A stretch of DNA of 64,000 nt from Pyrodictiaceae archaeon (GCA_027036135.1 JALVSY010000007.1:1028880-1092879), one strand, 5' to 3'. Shown: positions 9,272 through 19,667, counted from the first letter of the stretch. The notes: a model not told the origin generated them from the letters alone. Translations and numbers: made by a program.

Positions 9272-10172
9272 ATGGATACAACATTGTTAATAAAAACGGC
9301 TTATGCTCAACAAGCAGCGCCTAGCAGCGCCCTAAGCAACATAGGAACTATAATTGCCATCTTCTTTGCACTGCTCATAATATTTATAATATTATTGTAT
9401 AGTATAAGAATCGTGCGTGAATATGAGAGGGCAGTTATCTTCCGACTAGGCAGGGCAATAGGTGCGAAGGGGCCAGGAGTAGTAATAATCGTTCCTCTCA
9501 TAGATCGGGTAACAATTGTTGACCTACGAATACACACAGTTGATGTTCCTCGACAAAGAATCATAACCAAGGATAACGTAGAGGTCTCCGTCGACGCTGT
9601 TGTGTATTACAGAGTAGAAGATCCCTTGAAGGCGGTATTAACTGTAAGGAACTACAATTTAGCAGTAACGATGCTTGGTCAAACAACCCTAAGAGACGTA
9701 ATAGGTAAGAGCGAGCTAGACGACCTCCTTGCACGCAGAGAGGAGATAAACAAGGAGTTACAAAAGATACTAGACGAGCTAACAGATCCATGGGGAATAA
9801 AGGTAACAATGGTCACCATCAAGGAGGTTGTGCTCCCAGAGGGCCTAGTAAGGGCTATGGCGAGACAAGCAGAGGCAGAGAGATGGAGAAGAGCTAAGGT
9901 TATTGAAGCGGAGGGTGAGAGGCAAGCAGCGCGAATACTTGGAGAAGCGGCCAGGGTCTACGAGGAGCACCCGGTAGCTCTTCGTCAGGGTCTACGAGGA
10001 GCACCCGGTAGCTCTTCGTCTAAGAGAGTTGCAGACACTAATAGAGGTAGCTAAGGAGAGAAACATGGTCGTATTCTATCCGATAGGCTTGGGCAAGGAA
10101 CATGCTACCGAGACAGCGCTCGGAATAGTTGGCGGGAAGCTAGCTAGGCAGAAACCACCAGAGGAGCAATGA
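9272..10172 (+). pseudogene. Stomatin/SPFH (band 7) protein, C-terminus frameshifted by a 34-bp tandem duplication
   Basis: SPFH motifs (EYERAVIFRLG, TKDNVEVSVDAVVYY, AMARQAEAER). Removing one copy of the duplication restores ALRLRELQTLIEVAKE... to TGA 10170-10172 (288 aa). Confidence 0.85.
9952..10019. repeat. Perfect 34-bp tandem duplication
   Basis: cagggtctacgaggagcacccggtagctcttcgt at 9952-9985 and 9986-10019. Confidence 0.97.
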
Positions 10173-10341
10173 AGCAGGTGCGTCGGCTGGGTAACCGCCC
10201 AGTCATCCCCCAAGACACTAGTTTTTGGCGCGATGCGGGGTCACGCTCCCCGAAAAGATCCCCATTTCCCAGCTACCCTTGTCTCTACCTAGGCAAGGCC
10301 TATAAGTCCTTATTTCCTGGTATTTCCTCGTGCCTAGCACC

Positions 10342-11007
10342 CTATTGCCCAAAACACCTATCGCCGGCATCACCGAGCCCTGGGACTATGAAGCCCTCTT
10401 CATTGAGCACGGGGTCGAGGGCCCCACTATAGATTACGAGATCTACTCTAGCTCTTCTAGCGGCTTCCTCGAGAGCCTCTATTCCCTGCTTGGTAGCTAT
10501 GAGGCTTATGGCCACTATCTTTGCCGGGTCGTACTCGCTTAGCCGCTCAATTATTCTGGACAAAGTACTACCCGTCGCGAGCATCGGGTCAACGAGTATA
10601 ACGTGCCTACCACTCATGTCGCCAATGCTCCAGTACGGCGTCTCCACGTCAAATACTAGTCTCTCGCCTTGCCTCCTACGCTTCTCCTCAACTCTCTTCG
10701 CGGCAATAAAGCCGAGACTAGCTCTCCTGTAGAGCTTCCTAGCCCCGAGCGCCATTGGGAGCGCGGCTCGGAGCACAGCGATAATGACTACGTCCTCGTC
10801 TCTCACACGTGTCGCCTCCGCCTTGGCGCCCAGAGGAGTTAGAACACTGTCCTTGACTAGGGGCAGCTCGCGCGAAGCCTCATAGGCCAGCAGGAACCCG
10901 GCCTCCTCCAGTAGGTCGCAGAACCGAGTAGGTGGTGTATCCCTGTCGCGTAGCTCGAGCAAGATGTTCTGAAGAGCAGGATTAGCTACTACGCTTAGCC
11001 TTGCCAC
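10342..11007 (-). CDS. upp: Uracil phosphoribosyltransferase
   Basis: VLRAA, DPMLATGS and IVPGLGDAGDR motifs. Confidence 0.95.
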   Translation of the reverse strand: MARLSVVANPALQNILLELRDRDTPPTRFCDLLEEAGFLLAYEASRELPLVKDSVLTPLGAKAEATRVRDEDVVIIAVLRAALPMALGARKLYRRASLGFIAAKRVEEKRRRQGERLVFDVETPYWSIGDMSGRHVILVDPMLATGSTLSRIIERLSEYDPAKIVAISLIATKQGIEALEEAARRARVDLVIYSGALDPVLNEEGFIVPGLGDAGDRCFGQ

Positions 11008-11059
11008 GGCCTAGAGCCCAGAGAGTAAGAAGAAGCACTGCCCTAGGGGTCTTTATTCG

Positions 11060-11863
11060 CTATCCCTTGTCCCTGGTTGCACAGATGTACTCATAGTCTC
11101 GTCTGGAGTGACGAGCTAGGTGAACAAGACCCTTCTCAGCGTAGACCCTCGCCTCCTTGGGGAGGTACCTGCACAGCCTCTTCCTATCCTCAATAACTTC
11201 AAGAACCTGGCTCCCCGGCCTAATCTCCAAGACATCTTTGCCACCCAGGGGGTTCCTAGCAGCTCTCGTGCGCAAGGCTTCTCGTGTATTAATATGGGCA
11301 AAAGAGCTAGGCGACAATACCCCTAAGAGCGACGATCCTACTAGTACAGAACAGCGGGAAAACCGTACATAGTCTGACGGACGAACATCGCCCCGAAGAG
11401 CACACATAGCCTCGGCTACGTGCTGCATAACTGGGAGAAAAGAGCTCCTCACAACAAGAACCAGTGTTTCCAAGAACCCGTTACCATGCAGCGGGACGGC
11501 TATGTCGCAGCCACTAAGGTAGCTCATCAAGTTCTTATAAATATTAGGAGGAAGCCACGGCGCATCACCTGGGGCTACAAACACGTAGCTAGCATCAAGC
11601 CCGGCTAGGGATGCGAGAGCATAGCCAGGCCCTTGGCACCTACTGGGCTTGTCGTAGAGACAGCCATCAAGTCCTGCAAGAGCAGTATAGAGCTTGCAAC
11701 GCGCCTCGTCACGAGTAAGGACATACACGAGACGAGCACCGGCTCGGCGCAGAGTACTAGCAACCCTCGTTACAGATGGATAGCCGTCAACGAGAGCTAC
11801 TAGCTTGTCGCCGCCGAAGCGCCTACCTTCACCACCACCTAGCACAACACCAACAATATCCAA
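11060..11863 (-). CDS. mobA: Molybdenum/tungsten cofactor guanylyltransferase (MobA-like)
   Basis: VLGGGEGRRFGGDK, PGDAP and HINT motifs. Confidence 0.75.
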   Translation of the reverse strand: MDIVGVVLGGGEGRRFGGDKLVALVDGYPSVTRVASTLRRAGARLVYVLTRDEARCKLYTALAGLDGCLYDKPSRCQGPGYALASLAGLDASYVFVAPGDAPWLPPNIYKNLMSYLSGCDIAVPLHGNGFLETLVLVVRSSFLPVMQHVAEAMCALRGDVRPSDYVRFSRCSVLVGSSLLGVLSPSSFAHINTREALRTRAARNPLGGKDVLEIRPGSQVLEVIEDRKRLCRYLPKEARVYAEKGLVHLARHSRRDYEYICATRDKG

Positions 11864-12021
11864 GACGGTTACACCATTAAGAACTAGGCAGCGCTCTGCT
11901 CCTGGAGCAATTACGATAATAGGTAGGTATTATAGTGTCTTCTCAGTCTCTTTACTTAGAGAGAATACTAGGGTCTTCCTAGTTCTCTCAACCTGTTTCC
12001 AAAACGTGAGCTAACTTGTAA

Positions 12022-12593
12022 ATGGGGTAAGAAGATCTCGAAGGGGGCTCGCTGATAGCCTCGAACCAGGAGAGGAAGCACTCTTCATGGTTAAGAAGAG
12101 ATTCGTTATCGAGAAGCCGAAGTGGCTAGTCGTAACAGATTAGGCGAATAATAGTGTTTAATGAGAAGGTGCTGGGCAGGTATGAGCTGAAGGCTGTGCC
12201 TTACGAGAAGCTCGAGAAAATAATATATCATGGAGGCGTAGTTGGGTCAGAGTTCTACATAGTGTTTGAGAGCGGCGAGAAACTCGAAATGTCCTGGACG
12301 GATAAGGATGACTCAAAGAAAGTAATAATAGCTGTGTATATAACGCGTTAAGAGAGGTATCGATAAAGCCGCCGACACTTGACAAGAAGAACCTTGCCAG
12401 CGAGGACTGGGTTCTCCATAACCTTAAGGAACTAGTAGCTCGCTCGGCCAGAAGTACTCCTACCTCTATCGCCGAGGATAAGGAGGACTCGGGTATTGAG
12501 CTTTTACGGAAACTAAGAGAACTTAGAGAAGCAGGGATAATAAGCGGGGACGAGTACGAGGCGAAGAGGCAATCCATCCTGGACAAGATATAG
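12022..12593 (+). pseudogene. Bacterial-type PH domain + SHOCT domain protein with four frameshifts
   Basis: Removing +1, +1, +1 and +2 nt gives 188 aa: MGKKISKGLADSLEPGEE...WLVVTDRRIIVF...LRKLRELREAGIISGDEYEAKRQSILDKI. Confidence 0.8.
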
Positions 12594-12654
12594 GAGACGA
12601 GGGATAGAAAAAGACACGGCCCCAGGCAAAGCATAGCCGCGGGATAGGAGCGAG

Positions 12655-13686
12655 ATGGGTTGCCGAGAAGCCGTTATACGCCTTGATAAGCTAGAGGCTC
12701 CTTACCCGCCTCCTGAGAGCGTCCTAGCAGCTCTTGAGAAAGGGCTCCAGGAACTAAACAAGTACAGCGATGAGGGTCTTGCTGAGGAGCTTCGCTCAGA
12801 GCTAGCTAGTCACCACGGCCTCGAAGAGGACTCGGTAACTCTCCTAGGGAGCCGTGCTACCGCGGTTCTTGCTGTACTAGGCCTCGTGGCTAGGCTCAGG
12901 AAGAGGAGGCCTAGATTAGTGGCGCCGAGCCCGGGTCTCCAAGAGCTACGCAGGCTGCTAGAGAGCCATGCTGATGGCGTCATAGAGGTGGCTCTCGTTG
13001 AGCGGGACGAGTCTTGGCGAATCCCTCTAGACGAGCTACTGGGAGAAATAGGTAGAGCCGACCTAGTGGTGCTAGATAATCCCAGTGATCCCACGGGCTC
13101 ACTCATACTAAGGAGTCTTGGTGAGGCTAGGGACTTGCTAGAGGAGGCGTGTAGGCGAGAAACAATAGTGCTCATGGATGAGAGTTTCTACGAGTTTAGC
13201 GGGTTCAGCATAGCCGACCTCGTCGAGCCTTATCCCTGCCTCATAGTTATGCGGAGCATGGAGCAGGCCTACGCGCTCGCAGGCACCGGGCTAGTGTACC
13301 TCATCTCATCCGACAAGCTAGCCCAGGAACTATCCCGGCTAGTGCCACAGCCCTCTAGGCTATCGCTGCTAGCTGGCCTAGCGGCTCTAAGGAACCAGGG
13401 ATACTATTTCAAAATGGTCGAGAGACTCATAGCTGAGCGGGAGAGGACCCGGCAGCTCCTCCTAGGCCTCAGCGGAGTCTACGCCTACAGGTCTTGGAGC
13501 AGCTTCCTCTTGGTAAGAACGAGTATTGAACGAGTAGCAGAGAAGCTATGCAGCCAAGGAGTAGCGGTAGCGGGGACCACGCTCGGCAATAACTATGCGA
13601 GAATAAGCATCGGGAACCAAGGCGATAACAACTCATTACTAGCAGCACTAACCAGGCTACTCATGGAGGAGTCTAAGTTATCCTAG
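12655..13686 (+). CDS. HisC/CobD-like class I/II aminotransferase fold, PLP lysine absent
   Basis: DNPSDPTG and MDESFYEF present; RSMEQAYALAGTG where the family has RTFSKAYGLAGLR. Confidence 0.75.
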   Translation: MGCREAVIRLDKLEAPYPPPESVLAALEKGLQELNKYSDEGLAEELRSELASHHGLEEDSVTLLGSRATAVLAVLGLVARLRKRRPRLVAPSPGLQELRRLLESHADGVIEVALVERDESWRIPLDELLGEIGRADLVVLDNPSDPTGSLILRSLGEARDLLEEACRRETIVLMDESFYEFSGFSIADLVEPYPCLIVMRSMEQAYALAGTGLVYLISSDKLAQELSRLVPQPSRLSLLAGLAALRNQGYYFKMVERLIAERERTRQLLLGLSGVYAYRSWSSFLLVRTSIERVAEKLCSQGVAVAGTTLGNNYARISIGNQGDNNSLLAALTRLLMEESKLS

Positions 13687-14049
13687 GTAGCCAGCATAGC
13701 GACAAAGGCTAGAGACGATAGAGTACAGTGTATCAACCAATATTCTCGCCAGCTCCTCCTCGCCCTCGGTATTTAGCTTTCCAACCCGTTCAAGCCTAAT
13801 AGCCGCGCCTTGCATAACAGCCTGCAACCTATCAGCAAGATCGCCTAGTACGCAGCGAGGCTCAGAGCTACCATCGCATCCTCTAATGCACTCAGAAGCA
13901 GCGTCTCCGAGGCAATAAGCTGCTTCACGAAGCAAACGGGCAAGCCCAGAGCCCTTCCCGCGCCCCTTACCAATAGCCTCGGACATAGAGCCGAGTATTC
14001 CGAGAACCTCGTCGCAAGCATTACGCAACGGTTCACAATCAGTGTTCAA
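13678..14049 (-). CDS. Hypothetical Cys-rich helical protein
   Basis: ORF with GAGGT RBS, downstream of the MoaD-like gene. Confidence 0.55.
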   Translation of the reverse strand: MNTDCEPLRNACDEVLGILGSMSEAIGKGRGKGSGLARLLREAAYCLGDAASECIRGCDGSSEPRCVLGDLADRLQAVMQGAAIRLERVGKLNTEGEEELARILVDTLYSIVSSLCRYAGYLG

Positions 14050-14073
14050 GCCCCGGTTACCTCGCCGTGGAGC

Positions 14074-14403
14074 TTAGACAACGAAGAGAGCTCTTGGGGA
14101 GAAAACCACTCTGTCACCATCATGCAGCTCGGTGTTGAGTCCCTTAAGGAACTCTACTCTCCTACCATTAACAGCTATCTCTACAGGATACCTTATCTCT
14201 CCTTTCTCGTCTAGGACACGGTTCTTGAACCCTGACTTAATCTCCCAATCAATATAGTTGATGAGATCCCTTACAGTTGAGCCCCTGGGCAGCTTTACCT
14301 TCTTCTCAAAGCCTCCTATCAGTTCACGAAACTCCTGGAGAAACACGGCTGTGACCTCTATATAGTCACCCATGTTGTCCCACCCTCTAGTACCAGGCTC
14401 CAT
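14074..14403 (-). CDS. MoaD/ThiS ubiquitin-like protein lacking the C-terminal GG; start probably 14373
   Basis: STVRDLI and IAVNGR...LHDGDRV motifs; ends PRALFVV. Confidence 0.8.
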   Translation of the reverse strand: MEPGTRGWDNMGDYIEVTAVFLQEFRELIGGFEKKVKLPRGSTVRDLINYIDWEIKSGFKNRVLDEKGEIRYPVEIAVNGRRVEFLKGLNTELHDGDRVVFSPRALFVV

Positions 14404-14597
14404 TCCTGCCGAAACCGCGATGAATGTGTTCTAATTCAGCTTGGGCGAGCATTCTCTATACACATATACAAGGGACGAACCTTTGCCCTAATATGTATGC
14501 TGCAAGGCTTTGAGGAATCGAGAGCTAGGCTTGGAACAGATTTGAGAAAAATGAAAATATTGAGCATGGAGCCTTATCCGTTATGTTGCGTAGCTGG

Positions 14598-16463
14598 TTA
14601 GGAGACTATGTAGAGGAACTCGTCTAGTCCGAGTCTCTTCAGAGTCTCCGGTGTTGGTTTGCCGTCTACCCATCCGCGGGCCTTGTAGTAAACTGGTAGG
14701 TAGGCCTCGAGCGCCTCCTTAGCGGTCTTGCCTTTGGCTGGGCCGTCGGGTAGTGGTTCCTCTAGTAGCCTCTTGGGCAGTGTGTCGTGGTACCCTGTTC
14801 CCTCTCTTACAGCGAAGAGCCTCTCAACGTTATAGATGCGCTCGCCCGTGGTTAGTAGCTCGTCAACTGTTAGGTCCTCCCAGCCCATAGCAGCCTTCAA
14901 TAGCTCCACGTAGTACTCGGGTGCATCAGCAAATGTATTGAACTTGCACACTACTAGGCTATCGATTACAGAGAAATAGTCTTGCTGCCACTTAACGAGC
15001 TCCGCCTTCTTCGGGTCAATCTTCAGTGGGTCGTACTTCTCTGGCACACCTAGTACGTCGAAGCTGACGCTATAAGCTCTTAGGTGGCATCCTCCCCTGT
15101 TAGACGTAGCGTAGCTTAGCGCCATGCTATTAATTGCTCTGGGGTCATAGGCTGGTAGCTCGAGGCCTTTGACATGGATGGCGCAATCTGGGCAGCCAAA
15201 GGCCTCGGCCAGTCTCTTAGCGCCCTCGGCTGTATATTCTCCTATTCCGTCGCGGTACGCGGTTTTCCATATCAGCCTTATTACCGCCTCTGCGTTGCCC
15301 CATGTGGGCTCAACGTCCTCGAGGAGGCTGAGGAGCTTCTCGGCCTTATCCTTGGGTAGTTCGCCTTTCTGCGCCTTCTCGTACAGCTCCATGAGGACTG
15401 CCGCGGTGTTGCCGAAGCTTATAGTGTCGAACCCCATGTCGTTGAGCAAGTAGTTTATCTTGATAATTGCCTCTATGTTGCCTATCAAGGTATTGGCTCC
15501 ATTGGCCCAGATTGTCTCGTACTCTGGGCCCTCTGATACCGGTGTGCGGTAAGGCCCGCTCTTCACCTCAGCTACCCTAGCGCAGCGGATTACACAGCCC
15601 CAGCAACCCTTGTTTGTCCTTAGGTAGTGCTCGGCGAGGTACTCGCCGCTAATATCGTAGGCCTTCTCAAAGGTTCCTCGTGTCCAGTTCTTGGTCGGGA
15701 GCCCGCCGTGCTCGTTTATAATATTGACCAGAACAGCTGTGCCGTACTTTGTCAGGGCCTGCTCAACGCTGTGTTCCATTATCTTCTTCGCTAGCTCCCT
15801 GGCGACCTGGGCGAACTTTGACCTATCGTATAGCTCTATCTTCCGGTGCCCATAGACGAATATTGCCTTGACCTTCTTCGCGCCCATTACCGCTCCTAGC
15901 CCGGTGCGGCCAGCTGCACGGTACTTGTCATTCATTATCGCTGCTATCTTTGAGAGGTTCTCGCCAGCAGGGCCTATAGCCATGACGCTGCCGAGATCGG
16001 GTTTGGTTATCCCCATTGTCTCTCTTATAACGTTCTCAGTGTGTATAACACCACGGCCCCATAGGTTCTTAGCGTCATGGAACTTAACTTCACCATCAAC
16101 TATGCTTATCCATACTGGCTCCTCGCTAACGCTCTCCAAGACTATTCCATCGTAGCCTGCGAAGCGTAGCCAGGGACCGAACTGTCCACCCGAGTTACTA
16201 TCACCGAGTATGCCCGTGAGAGGGCTCTTACCAATAACATGGTACCGGCCAGTCTCAACAGCAGCAGTGCCAGTGATTGGCCCGGTTAGTATGAAGAGCT
16301 TGTTCTCGGGGCCAAATGGGTCAGCGCCCTTGGGTATCTCCTTGAGTGCTAGGTAGGCTCCGAGGCCTCTGCCGCCGATGAAGCGGCGAAGCGTCTTCTC
16401 ATCAACTTTTTCTTCCCGCGTCTTCTGGGTCCAGAGGTTTATTCGTAGGAGTTTGAACTCCAC
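14598..16463 (-). CDS. aor: Tungsten aldehyde:ferredoxin oxidoreductase
   Basis: KSPLTG, IGPAGE, CWGCVIRC, GPEYET, DTIS and NRGGCH motifs. Confidence 0.95.
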   Translation of the reverse strand: MEFKLLRINLWTQKTREEKVDEKTLRRFIGGRGLGAYLALKEIPKGADPFGPENKLFILTGPITGTAAVETGRYHVIGKSPLTGILGDSNSGGQFGPWLRFAGYDGIVLESVSEEPVWISIVDGEVKFHDAKNLWGRGVIHTENVIRETMGITKPDLGSVMAIGPAGENLSKIAAIMNDKYRAAGRTGLGAVMGAKKVKAIFVYGHRKIELYDRSKFAQVARELAKKIMEHSVEQALTKYGTAVLVNIINEHGGLPTKNWTRGTFEKAYDISGEYLAEHYLRTNKGCWGCVIRCARVAEVKSGPYRTPVSEGPEYETIWANGANTLIGNIEAIIKINYLLNDMGFDTISFGNTAAVLMELYEKAQKGELPKDKAEKLLSLLEDVEPTWGNAEAVIRLIWKTAYRDGIGEYTAEGAKRLAEAFGCPDCAIHVKGLELPAYDPRAINSMALSYATSNRGGCHLRAYSVSFDVLGVPEKYDPLKIDPKKAELVKWQQDYFSVIDSLVVCKFNTFADAPEYYVELLKAAMGWEDLTVDELLTTGERIYNVERLFAVREGTGYHDTLPKRLLEEPLPDGPAKGKTAKEALEAYLPVYYKARGWVDGKPTPETLKRLGLDEFLYIVS

Positions 16464-16557
16464 CTGTAGAGCACCATGTAATAACTAAGGGAGCTTATTA
16501 TAATAGGGTTCCCCAAACAAGGCCACTAGCTGTGCTTAACCCGGGTAAAAATCGGGC

Positions 16558-18111
16558 TCAGCAAGGCTCTATTGTTGAGGGAGGCTTCGTGGTGACAGCA
16601 TACGTTACCATGGTGACGCCGGGTACCTCGCTCGTAATCCTCCAAGCTATCTTGTCGAGGACCTCGTAGGGTATACGGGCCCAGTCAGCGGTCATCCCAT
16701 CATCGCTCAGTACTATGCGGACAATTACTATCCTGCCAATAGCTCTCTGGTCGCCCTTAACACCGACCCACTCATCGTCGCCCACTACGGCGAATGCCTG
16801 CCACACATCATAGTATAGGCCTGCTTTCTTTAGCTCCTCCTCAACTATCCAAGAAGCCTCCCTTACTACGCGGAGCTTCTCCTCGGTAACCTCGCCTATG
16901 ACTCGGACAGCGAGCCCAGGGCCGGGGAATGGGTGGCGATAAGCATAGCTACGTGGAACGCCTAGCGCCATGGCTATTCTTCTTACCTCGTCCTTGTAGA
17001 AGTATCTTAGGGGCTCAAGCACCCTTAGGCCAAGCTTCTCGGGCAAACCGCCCACGTTATGATGACTCTTTATCCGGTCAGCTCCGGGCACGGCACCGCT
17101 CTCGATAACGTCTGGATAAGTTGTTCCCTGGGCAAGCCACTTTATAGCCGGGTCTCTTCTCGCTATTTCCTCGAATATCTCCACGAAGGTTCTCCCAATG
17201 ATCCTGCGCTTCTCCTCGCAGTCTCTTACTCCTCGTAGCCTCTCAAGGAAGAGCCTAGATGCGTCAACGTATATGGGCTCGATGCCGAGGCTCCTTAGAA
17301 GCCCTAGTACCTCCTTGGCCTCGCCCTTGCGGAGCAGTCCGTGGTTAACAAACACGGCTACCAAGCGGTCACCTATAGCCTTCTTCACGAGCAATGCGGT
17401 AGTTGTTGAGTCAACGCCGCCACTAACAGCTACAAGAACTTTCTCATCGTGGCCGATCCTTGCCCTAATCTCCTCAACGAGTTTCTCAACTATGTTCTCG
17501 GGTCTCCAGTTCTTCTCCAACCCGGCCACAAGGGATACGAAGTTATCGAGGAGCAGCCTGCCTTTCGGAGTGTGGCTAACCTCTGGGTGGAACTGAACAC
17601 CATAGATTGGCTTATCTCTTAGCCTGAACGCGGCTATGTACCCGGTATCCTTGGAGACAGCTAATACCTCTGCGCTATCGGGGAGCGAGGCCACGTAGTC
17701 CCCGTGGCTCATCCACGTCTCTTCCTCAAGGCCCCATCCCTGGAACAAGGGGTCATCGCGCCGTAGCACTCTTATCCATGTACGCCCATACTCGCCGGGC
17801 CCTTTCTCAACACGGCCACCAATCATTGTCGCGAGTAATTGGTGGCCGTAGCAAATCCCTAGCACGGGGACATCGAGCCTGAGCACCCAGTCACCTATAC
17901 GTGGCGCGCCGGGCTCATGGACGCTACGAGGACCACCTGAGAGAACTACAGCGTCAGCCCCGAGCTCCCCAACTTTCTCCGGGCTAGCCTCGTAGTAATG
18001 AAGTATCTCTGTGTAGACACCGAGCTCCCTAAGCCTACGAGATATCAAGTGCGCGTATTGTCCACCAAAATTAATAACGATAACGGTGCTGTACTTTCCG
18101 CTAATTCGCAT
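16558..18111 (-). CDS. guaA: GMP synthase (fused GATase + ATP pyrophosphatase)
   Basis: GICYGHQ, QFHPEV, SGGVDS, IKSHHNVGG and KPPSTIE motifs. Confidence 0.97.
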   Translation of the reverse strand: MRISGKYSTVIVINFGGQYAHLISRRLRELGVYTEILHYYEASPEKVGELGADAVVLSGGPRSVHEPGAPRIGDWVLRLDVPVLGICYGHQLLATMIGGRVEKGPGEYGRTWIRVLRRDDPLFQGWGLEEETWMSHGDYVASLPDSAEVLAVSKDTGYIAAFRLRDKPIYGVQFHPEVSHTPKGRLLLDNFVSLVAGLEKNWRPENIVEKLVEEIRARIGHDEKVLVAVSGGVDSTTTALLVKKAIGDRLVAVFVNHGLLRKGEAKEVLGLLRSLGIEPIYVDASRLFLERLRGVRDCEEKRRIIGRTFVEIFEEIARRDPAIKWLAQGTTYPDVIESGAVPGADRIKSHHNVGGLPEKLGLRVLEPLRYFYKDEVRRIAMALGVPRSYAYRHPFPGPGLAVRVIGEVTEEKLRVVREASWIVEEELKKAGLYYDVWQAFAVVGDDEWVGVKGDQRAIGRIVIVRIVLSDDGMTADWARIPYEVLDKIAWRITSEVPGVTMVTYAVTTKPPSTIEPC

Positions 18112-18305
18112 ACCTAGGACTTCCTCCAGCAGCGGCTACCATCTCGTGTAGCATGTGTCTCTGGGTCTCAGCCTTATTAGCCTAGGTGTATAAGAGGAAA
18201 CAAGACACGTTGTTACATAATGTGATATAAAAACGATGAATAAGCATTGATGCAGCTAGGCGTTATTTTAGGCCTATGCCTCGGGAATACCCTAAGCGGT
18301 GAACA

Positions 18306-19667
18306 ATGAAGGAGCGCTCCCCGGTCTGTGTCTATGAGTGGCGCTACGGAAGCCAGGAGATGAGGCAGGTATTCTCCCGCGACAACATGGTTGAGACATA
18401 TAAGCGTGTTGAGCTAGCCCTATTAGAGAGCCTCGTAGAGCTAGGCGTTGCTCCTCCAAAGGCTCTTGACGAAGCGAAGAAGGCAGCCTCCAAGCTAAGC
18501 GCGATACAAGTCTATGATGAGGAGAAAAAGAGGGGCCATGACATAGCATCACTAGTATTCCTCATGGGTAGGCTCGGCGGCGAAGAAGCTGCCCGCTGGA
18601 TACACTTCGGCGCAACAAGCAACGATGTAATCGATACCGCCTGGGCACTAGTTATTCGGGACGCACTTAGTATTGTTAAGAAGAGGCTAAGACTCCTAAT
18701 AGAGAAGCTAGTAGTCCTTGCTGAGAAGCATAGATACACCGTCATGCCCGGGCGCACTCATGGCCAGCACGCAACACCGATAACACTCGGGTTCAAGGTA
18801 GCGAACTACGTCTACGAGCTAGCTCGTAGCTACGAGAGAATATGTGACGCGGAGAAGAGGATTCTCCGCGTAAAGCTAGGTGGAGCAACAGGAACCATGG
18901 CTAGCTGGAATGGCTACGGCCTCGAGCTCCGCAAAGCCTTCGCCTCAAAACTCGGCCTAGAACCACACATTATATCAACACAGGTTGCGCCCCGCGACGG
19001 CTTCGCAGAGCTAGCAGCAGTACTAGCAATACTAGCTAGTACTCTTGATCGCTTCGCCGTAGAGATTAGAGAACTAGCGAGACCAGAGATCCACGAGCTA
19101 TGGGAGGAAAGGGGCAGTGCTATTGGGAGTAGCGCGATGCCCCAGAAAGCGAACCCCGTCACAGCTGAGAGGATAAGCGGCCTAGCAAGGATAGCTAGGA
19201 GCCTCGTGCACGTCTTCTTAGAAAACATGGTGCTCTGGCACGAGAGAGACTTAACGAATAGTAGCTCCGAGCGAGTAGCAATACCACATCTCTTCCTAAC
19301 AATAGACCAAATACTCATCGATGCTAATAATCTTGTTGATAGGCTACGCGTAGACAGAGACAAGATGAAGAGAAACTTGTACCTAACAATGGCCACAGCA
19401 ACCACGGAGGCGTTAATGAACCTCCTCATACAGCGAGCAAGACTGAGCCGCGAGGAGGCATACAGTCTAGCACGCAAAGCAGCGCAAAAAGCACTACAGG
19501 ATCAAAAACCATTATGGATCGCGGCAAGCGAGCTACCCGAGATAAGAAAGCACCTGGAAGACGTCGATCTAGAGGAGGTACTACGCCCAGAGAACTACAT
19601 CGGTGAAGCACCACGCCTAGTAAGCGAGGCAACAAGCTACGCAAGAGCCGTGCTCAAGGAGTGCTAG
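18306..19667 (+). CDS. purB: Adenylosuccinate lyase
   Basis: GRTHGQHA, GSSAMPQKANP and HERDLTNSS motifs. Confidence 0.96.
   Translation: MKERSPVCVYEWRYGSQEMRQVFSRDNMVETYKRVELALLESLVELGVAPPKALDEAKKAASKLSAIQVYDEEKKRGHDIASLVFLMGRLGGEEAARWIHFGATSNDVIDTAWALVIRDALSIVKKRLRLLIEKLVVLAEKHRYTVMPGRTHGQHATPITLGFKVANYVYELARSYERICDAEKRILRVKLGGATGTMASWNGYGLELRKAFASKLGLEPHIISTQVAPRDGFAELAAVLAILASTLDRFAVEIRELARPEIHELWEERGSAIGSSAMPQKANPVTAERISGLARIARSLVHVFLENMVLWHERDLTNSSSERVAIPHLFLTIDQILIDANNLVDRLRVDRDKMKRNLYLTMATATTEALMNLLIQRARLSREEAYSLARKAAQKALQDQKPLWIAASELPEIRKHLEDVDLEEVLRPENYIGEAPRLVSEATSYARAVLKEC

Noticed and set aside
10175-10260. Two GC hairpins with GATGA...CCGA on the minus strand (K-turn/sRNA-like)
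   Set aside because: No convincing full C/D or H/ACA layout; could simply be terminator structure between convergent genes.
12158-12634. 158-aa minus-strand ORF
   Set aside because: Shadow of the plus-strand PH-SHOCT pseudogene.
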